In this document: positions 36,514 to 42,359 of the stretch, in pieces
How positions within the stretch are numbered: the first letter of the stretch is position 1
Layout: every line of letters starts with the position of its first letter
From: Candidatus Parvarchaeota archaeon
Lineage (GTDB): Archaea > Nanobdellota > Nanobdellia > Parvarchaeales > Parvarchaeaceae
DNA length: 42,359 nt
Reading direction: 5' to 3'
Assembly (NCBI GenBank): GCA_023261805.1
Contig: JAGDXV010000022.1
Location: 1-42,359 of the forward strand
Made by a program: the position numbers and the translations under genes
The notes under the pieces: model-generated
Told to the model about the DNA's origin: nothing
Seen by the model: only the letters and a program-made list of their open reading frames with translations
The model's database searches: none

Positions 36514-38400
36514 TTATCTCAATCTCAAGGCATCGAGAATCTTCGGTGCGACGGTTTCTATGTGCTCATTTGTCCTAGCGTATTTCATCAAAGCGATGAT
36601 TTTGCTCTCTTCTCCATGATCCAGCACAAGCCTCCTTGGTTTCGGTTTTATGTCCTTTAAGTACCTTTCCAGTTCTTTTCTATCCGAGTGGCCGGAGAAG
36701 CCTTGTATTGAGTATACAGGCAGGTTCACATTAAAATGTCTGAGGGATCCGTTCAGATCTATACTCACCTCCTTTGCTCCCTCCTGAAGTGCCCTTCCAA
36801 GTGTACCATTACCTTGGTAGGAAACAAGTACGACGGCGTTTCTATCGTCTTCGCAGAGATTGGCAAAGTAATAGACAGATGGGCCCCCATTAAGCATACC
36901 TGAGGTAGCAAGTATTATAGCAGGACCTCCAGACAGGACTTTTTGTCTTTCCTCTTCGCTCACAACATGTTTGAATATCTTTGACATGAAAGGACTGTTA
37001 TTGTACTCTATTATTCTCCTTTTTGTCTCAGCATTCATGAACTCTGGATATACGGTATATATCGCCGTCACATCCCAAAGCATCCCATCAACAATCACCG
37101 GCACATCCTGGAGGAAGCCGTAGCGTGTCCATTCCTCGGCCATAAGCATTATCTCCTGTGCCCTTCCTACTCCAAGCACCGGCACTAGAACCTTCCCCCC
37201 TTTATCAATGGTCTTCTTAACAATATCAAAGAAAAAGTTTTCGGCTTCCTCTCTGCTTGGCTGCTTATCATCATCACCACCGTATGTGCTTTCCATGATC
37301 AGCGTTTCAACCCTGTCGAATGTGTTATCGGCTTTGTTCAGTGTTTTTGAGTCAGCGTATTTGAAATCTCCGGTGTAAAGGATATTGTGGAAGCCGTTTC
37401 CTACATTAAGATGAACCATCATCGCTCCAAGTATATGGCCTGAATTGTGTAATGTCACTCTAACATCAGGCGTCACATCAGTCACCTCGTTTGGATTCAG
37501 GACTATAGAATACTTCAACATCTCTTTTATGTTGTCGATGTTGAACAGCTGCTTTTCATTCGTTTTGTCTGTAAGGGAGAGATAGTCGAGATGAAGCAGA
37601 GTCATCACATCTCTAGTTGGGGCTGTTGAAAAAACAGGACCCTTATAACCGTATTTGTACAGGACAGGAAGAAATCCGCAGTGATCCAGGTGGCTGTGGG
37701 TAATCACAACAGCATCAAGCTTTGATATGTCAAATTCAGGTGCATCGATCCTTGGGACCGGATCCCTTGAATTGCTGACATCTATCCCCGCATCCACAAG
37801 AACACTGCTTATTGGGGTTTGTATAAGGATCGCGGATCTTCCGACCTGTCTGAAGCCACCAAGGGCGCTCATCCTAACCCAATATTTATCGTTGACATCA
37901 AACTTCGAATTGTAGATTTTTTCGCCTATTGAATTCATCAGTTTCTTCCTGAAATCAGCGTTCGAGAAAAGCATCTCCCTAATCGCCCTCACGATATCGG
38001 ATTTTATCAGAGGGTATCTTAGTGTCGCTATCGACCAGCCTGTTTTGTCTTTTATTTCCTTGGCGACGTCCATTCCCTTGCTTATCATCTCAGGCCTCAT
38101 CACTTCTAATGTTGCAATGCTCCTGTCCCTTTCAAACCATATCTGCTTTATCTCCGCGGATTTAGGTACGATCTTTTCGATCTCTTTCTCAGCTTCCTTT
38201 TCATCCATTAGAAGAGAGGGATCCAGGCGGACCTCAATCCTTTTTTTCTTAGTGTTCACTATTGGTTTGATGATGTCCAGATTGTTAACAAGGAAATTTT
38301 TGTTTTTTGTGTAGACTATTATGTTGGATACTTCAAACTCTATATCGCTCACTAGAGAGGGATCGCCTATCATCTCCGCTATTTCCTTTTTTATGTCCAT
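36514..38400 (-). CDS. fttA: Beta-CASP ribonuclease aCPSF1 / transcription termination factor FttA
   Basis: N-terminal KH region, LGGFRQVGRS, THSHLDH, GHILG, YTGD, GRAQE, SGMLNGG, GFSGHSD. Confidence 0.93.
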   Translation of the reverse strand: MDIKKEIAEMIGDPSLVSDIEFEVSNIIVYTKNKNFLVNNLDIIKPIVNTKKKRIEVRLDPSLLMDEKEAEKEIEKIVPKSAEIKQIWFERDRSIATLEVMRPEMISKGMDVAKEIKDKTGWSIATLRYPLIKSDIVRAIREMLFSNADFRKKLMNSIGEKIYNSKFDVNDKYWVRMSALGGFRQVGRSAILIQTPISSVLVDAGIDVSNSRDPVPRIDAPEFDISKLDAVVITHSHLDHCGFLPVLYKYGYKGPVFSTAPTRDVMTLLHLDYLSLTDKTNEKQLFNIDNIKEMLKYSIVLNPNEVTDVTPDVRVTLHNSGHILGAMMVHLNVGNGFHNILYTGDFKYADSKTLNKADNTFDRVETLIMESTYGGDDDKQPSREEAENFFFDIVKKTIDKGGKVLVPVLGVGRAQEIMLMAEEWTRYGFLQDVPVIVDGMLWDVTAIYTVYPEFMNAETKRRIIEYNNSPFMSKIFKHVVSEEERQKVLSGGPAIILATSGMLNGGPSVYYFANLCEDDRNAVVLVSYQGNGTLGRALQEGAKEVSIDLNGSLRHFNVNLPVYSIQGFSGHSDRKELERYLKDIKPKPRRLVLDHGEESKIIALMKYARTNEHIETVAPKILDALRLR

Positions 38401-38403
38401 ATT

Positions 38404-39345
38404 TTATCTAAACTTGTCATAGAATGCGGTCCAATTGTAATATCCGCATATGTCTCCCGCTTTTTCATTTGCATTGCATATCGCTGCTATTATCATATCT
38501 GCCTCTATTCTCATCGCAACGGAATAAGCATCATCTTCTCCATACATGGCCTTTTGTGCCAGCTCGGTTGCATTCTGCGAGATGTTCATCGGTGCCAGTG
38601 CTGTCAGAGCTCCATTCATATAAACACCAGCAAAACTTTCGAGAGGAGTGCCGAAGGCATTGTTCACTATCGCCCCGTTTTTGACTCCAAGAGCATACAA
38701 GGGTTCAAATTCAGGATAAGCCTCGAGCATCTGCTGGGCAGGAGGGGGATAGAATCCATAGGGCATATAATACTCAACACTGTTGAATTGAACTGTCTTG
38801 GAACGGTATGTGTTTCCGACCATGAATTTGAGGGTAGTTTCATTCGTTTTCCCTTGGATCGATTCATTAGTCAGCGTTCCATTTTTGAGCCAGTAGACGA
38901 CGGGAACGGTAACATTTTTCTCCCCAAATAGGAATTCGGGAAGATTTCCATCACCGTATGAATATGAATCTATCAGGGACGAGAAGTTTCCAAACTGGTC
39001 TAATGCGATCACAAGTCCAACGCTCAATCTGGCGCAGAACTGGCAGTTTGTCATGCTGGCCAAATAAACCATCACCTTCCCATCGGTGTTATTGATCATC
39101 AACCCATCATTTTGAGACTTGGGGATGAAAATATCATACTGATTAGCCGTTATTTTTCCGCTCATAAGGGCGTTCGCCGTTGTTATCAGGTTGCTGGACA
39201 CATTATCTGAAGGCTGCGTTTGGTAATAGCTTGCATGGTATAGGAATTCATAAGTTGCAAATATCACAACTAAGACAGCCAAAGCGGCTATCACGGCGAT
39301 CACAATCAGCCTTGTTCTTCCTTTCGCACTTTTATTTTCCTCCAT
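38404..39345 (-). CDS. Membrane-anchored thioredoxin-fold protein with CxxC (DUF929-like)
   Basis: N-terminal TM helix, GKVMVYLASMTNCQFCA, LVIALDQFGNFSSL, EADMIIAAIC. Confidence 0.65.
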   Translation of the reverse strand: MEENKSAKGRTRLIVIAVIAALAVLVVIFATYEFLYHASYYQTQPSDNVSSNLITTANALMSGKITANQYDIFIPKSQNDGLMINNTDGKVMVYLASMTNCQFCARLSVGLVIALDQFGNFSSLIDSYSYGDGNLPEFLFGEKNVTVPVVYWLKNGTLTNESIQGKTNETTLKFMVGNTYRSKTVQFNSVEYYMPYGFYPPPAQQMLEAYPEFEPLYALGVKNGAIVNNAFGTPLESFAGVYMNGALTALAPMNISQNATELAQKAMYGEDDAYSVAMRIEADMIIAAICNANEKAGDICGYYNWTAFYDKFR

Positions 39346-39382
39346 ATTTTCTCAAAAGAATAATGAATGAGAAAGGAGAATT

Positions 39383-40006
39383 TTACTTGGAGATGATCTT
39401 ATTGATCTCCTCGTCTGTAAGCTTGTTATACCCTTTTTTGTTGATCACGACTATATCTATTCCATTTCCTGTGTAAACATCACGTTGAAGGGAGGAGGAA
39501 ACTGCTTTGTGCGCTAATCTTATCGCCTCCTCTTCGCTCATATTATCCTTGTAATCTGCTTGTAGGACGCCAAGCGCAAAGACACCGCCGGAACCGGTGA
39601 AAGCGTACTTGTCTTCGGTGTATGATCCAACCTCATCTATCACAAATAATCTCGGCTTTGTATCATATCCACCAACAATTAGCTCAGCGTACAATATATT
39701 CAGGGACAACCTCTTTTCGTAAAGCATTGAACTCAGCAACCCAACAACGGCCTCTGTTGTCATCTCAGACCCAGATCTTATTGTGAAAAGCCTTGTTTCA
39801 GCCTGTATGAGCTTGACAAGCACCTGTAGGTCAGACACCAATCCAGCTGTCGTTATTCCTATGTTTTTCGTCACAGGAAATATCTTTTGTCCATTTGGAT
39901 GTGCGACAATGTGATCCAAAGACACCCTTCTATCCGCTGCCAAAACTACACCGTCCTTGTAGACAAGCCCTATCGTTGTAGTTCCAGTTTTTTCAGCCAT
40001 AAACAT
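39383..40006 (-). CDS. psmB: Proteasome subunit beta
   Basis: KTG|TTTIGL, DGVVLAADRR, AGLVSD, TGSG, RDVYTG. Confidence 0.95.
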   Translation of the reverse strand: MFMAEKTGTTTIGLVYKDGVVLAADRRVSLDHIVAHPNGQKIFPVTKNIGITTAGLVSDLQVLVKLIQAETRLFTIRSGSEMTTEAVVGLLSSMLYEKRLSLNILYAELIVGGYDTKPRLFVIDEVGSYTEDKYAFTGSGGVFALGVLQADYKDNMSEEEAIRLAHKAVSSSLQRDVYTGNGIDIVVINKKGYNKLTDEEINKIISK

Positions 40007-40155
40007 CAGATTGATTGTCGATTATCGTATAAAAACCTTTTTTGGTTAAGAGTATACAGACGTTTCCTATATTTAACCCTTTTCTTTTTTTGATTTTCCA
40101 CAAATCTGATCGTCAGTACAAAAAGAATTTAAATCCTCACAGCATATTATAATGA

Positions 40156-40419
40156 ATGCAGTTTGAAGATATAGCTGAGCCGAACGAATTGATCGTCAGA
40201 GAGGGCTCCAACAATTTCATAAAGATAAACATGACAAAAGGAAAGGAAGGAGACAGGGAGATAACTTTTATAAGCATCAAGAAGGGTTATTATGTTGATG
40301 TAAACGGTAAAAAGCAGGAAAGGATAAAAACAAGCCTTTCCGTGAATTTCGACGAGTTACCTCTTCTGATAGAGGCACTGTCATCATTTAAGAAAAAACT
40401 TGAGTCAAGCACATTTTGA
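40156..40419 (+). CDS. Small protein, possible PC4/Whirly-like single-stranded nucleic-acid-binding fold
   Basis: Beta strands FISIKKGYY...IKTSLSV followed by helix DELPLLIEAL. AAAAAGAATTTAAA TATA-like element about 25 nt upstream. Confidence 0.5.
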   Translation: MQFEDIAEPNELIVREGSNNFIKINMTKGKEGDREITFISIKKGYYVDVNGKKQERIKTSLSVNFDELPLLIEALSSFKKKLESSTF

Positions 40420-42266
40420 TGCTTATGAATAAAATAATTTACGTATTGTTGTTTGTCGTAGCTTTATCACTAATAGGGGTCTCGCACGCGTCTCCATCAA
40501 ATCTGACTGTGATTGGAAAAGCAGGCCTCTACATCTTCGGCGTGACCCAAGAGCCGAATGGAACGATGGTCGGTGTACCCGCTATGCTTAATCTTACCGT
40601 CACGAAGGGGACAGGGCAGATATATATAGGTTCAACCCCCTTGACAGGCACGGATACACAAGCACAGGCAGTCATATCAACGGATGTTGCGTGTAGGTTA
40701 TTAAATGTCAACTGTAATCAGTATAATTTCTATTATTTCATCACCTCCTTTTCCCCAGAAGTGAGCGGGCCGAGCGCCGGTGGCGCTTTCACCATCGCCG
40801 CCATGTCGATTCTATCTGGTAAGCCGTTAAATCCGAATGTAGCGATGACGGGTACAGCGAATCCGGATGGGAGTGTCGGGATTGTCGGGGACGTATCTGA
40901 GAAGAGTGAGGCAGCTGCTCTTCAGGGGATAAAGATCTTCCTCTATCCTTCGACTGACAACGTATCTTCGAGCGCTGAATCTTTTGATCAGGCCCGTGGA
41001 ATGGAGACGATTCCCATAAGCACGATAGATCAGGCCTTCGAATATTTTACAGGCTATAGCGTGTATCAACCATTAAATTCTAGCATCTATACACCGTTTT
41101 ACAATGCGGTCATGAACAGGACATACTATGTAATTTCTTCCTATCAAACCCAGCTTTATGATAGCCTCCCAAGCGTCACGCCTAGCAATCAGACGGCTGA
41201 GTACTACATAACAACCGCGCAGAACGCCATCACTAGGGAGAGGAGTCTTTATTCGGAAGGCGATGCATACGATGCGGCTAGCCTGGCTATAAATACTTCC
41301 ATCCCCGATCTTGTGATGGCTAGAGTGATCGAATCAAGCGGCGGAAATCTCCAGTCTTATCTCAGTTCTTTAATCAATCAAGAATATGGACAGATCTCCT
41401 CGACTTACAATAATGTAACTCAAGACTACGTAACAAATTCCTCCGATCTCGATCTGAAGTTGATTGCTGTGGATAGACTTGCCCAGGCCAGTTATCTCCT
41501 GAACGCATCAAATTCCTCCCTGTCATCGAATCTCTCCCAGGCCCTTTATTACTACGCTCTTGCGAACACGAAGCGCGTCTCGGCTGTTTTTTGGGTTTCT
41601 ATTCTGCCAAGGGGCCATGTTTCGTTCAGTCAGGATTCATTTTATAATTACAGCTCCTATTATCTGTATAAAGCCTCTTCCTATGCCGATTATTCAGCGC
41701 TTCTGGGCGTGAATTCCCCGGATCAGATTTCACTGATGAATTATTATCTTAACAAGGCAAATAATTATTATAATGAAGGTCAGTATATACCATCGATCTT
41801 CGATTCTATTGAGGCGTTAGGGGTGTCACAATTGATAATAGAGGAAAACAGTGTGATAAATGGCTCCTTTGCTCCTATAAACTCTCAGCTTGCAAACATG
41901 GCCTTAGCATCCATAGACAACGCTGAAAGAGCAGGGGTCACGCCGTTCCTTGGAATAAGTTATTATCAGTATGCTCAGAGCTTCTCCCCTGATACAGGAG
42001 AGGCGTATCTGATACAATTCTATGCAAATTCTATGCTGTACTCGGAGTTTGAGGAAGACCTTGTCAGCGGTGCTACATTGAAAAGTGTGGCACTTGTTCC
42101 TTCATCTGCTCCTGTTCAGAATGTTTACACATTTCAGCCTGGAGACGCATATATTTTATATTTCCTCTTCATAGTTTCACTCATAATAATCGCTCTTAAA
42201 TTGATCTCAGAAAACAGATTTCATCCTGTAAGCAAAAATAAGAAAACCAGGCATCAAAAACACTGA
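40416..42266 (+). CDS. Secreted, membrane-anchored S16 (Lon C-terminal-like) serine protease
   Basis: Signal peptide ending VSHA, VSGPSAGG catalytic Ser, MTGTANPDG, Lys in VGDVSEK, no ATPase motifs, C-terminal TM helix and basic tail. Confidence 0.85.
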   Translation: MMLMNKIIYVLLFVVALSLIGVSHASPSNLTVIGKAGLYIFGVTQEPNGTMVGVPAMLNLTVTKGTGQIYIGSTPLTGTDTQAQAVISTDVACRLLNVNCNQYNFYYFITSFSPEVSGPSAGGAFTIAAMSILSGKPLNPNVAMTGTANPDGSVGIVGDVSEKSEAAALQGIKIFLYPSTDNVSSSAESFDQARGMETIPISTIDQAFEYFTGYSVYQPLNSSIYTPFYNAVMNRTYYVISSYQTQLYDSLPSVTPSNQTAEYYITTAQNAITRERSLYSEGDAYDAASLAINTSIPDLVMARVIESSGGNLQSYLSSLINQEYGQISSTYNNVTQDYVTNSSDLDLKLIAVDRLAQASYLLNASNSSLSSNLSQALYYYALANTKRVSAVFWVSILPRGHVSFSQDSFYNYSSYYLYKASSYADYSALLGVNSPDQISLMNYYLNKANNYYNEGQYIPSIFDSIEALGVSQLIIEENSVINGSFAPINSQLANMALASIDNAERAGVTPFLGISYYQYAQSFSPDTGEAYLIQFYANSMLYSEFEEDLVSGATLKSVALVPSSAPVQNVYTFQPGDAYILYFLFIVSLIIIALKLISENRFHPVSKNKKTRHQKH

Positions 42267-42359
42267 ATATTTTTGTGTTAGAAAAACCATCAACCTAGAA
42301 ACACTTAAATATCCCAACTTCTATAATAATAATTTATGAATACAATCCCTTATACCAAT

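Noticed and set aside
1-42359. CRISPR array, transposase or diversity-generating retroelement
   Set aside because: No spaced direct repeats, transposase or reverse-transcriptase motifs, or template/variable repeat pair were seen by eye. A self dot-plot would be needed to exclude weak repeats.

Overview
Archaeal genomic window, gene-dense and without mobile elements or CRISPR arrays. Gene content, trimmed ribosomal proteins and Ser/Thr/Asn-rich, charge-poor secreted proteins suggest a reduced DPANN archaeon, possibly an acidophilic Parvarchaeota-like lineage (inference). Positions 1-14081 hold a co-directional cluster of five uncharacterised surface genes: two with class III (prepilin-type) signal peptides, one of them 1229 aa, plus a 2663-aa Cys-rich giant protein. 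This is a candidate host-attachment or pilus-adhesin system. The remainder is housekeeping: adenosine-specific kinase family protein, intron-containing tRNA-CAU, Holliday junction resolvase-like nuclease, MGMT, RIO1, LonB, PRC-barrel protein, TyrRS, Mre11/Rad50, SRP RNA, two tRNA-Ser genes, uL16, PduO, a split Rpp29-to-secY ribosomal operon with DUF106, a CruF-like protein, AspRS, aCPSF1, proteasome beta subunit, a PC4-like protein and an extracellular S16 protease. The most distinctive RNA observation is a 267-nt archaeal SRP RNA that by manual folding keeps the Alu domain and helix 8 but has no helix 6, the main SRP19-binding helix. All calls come from motif recognition and manual folding; no searches were run.
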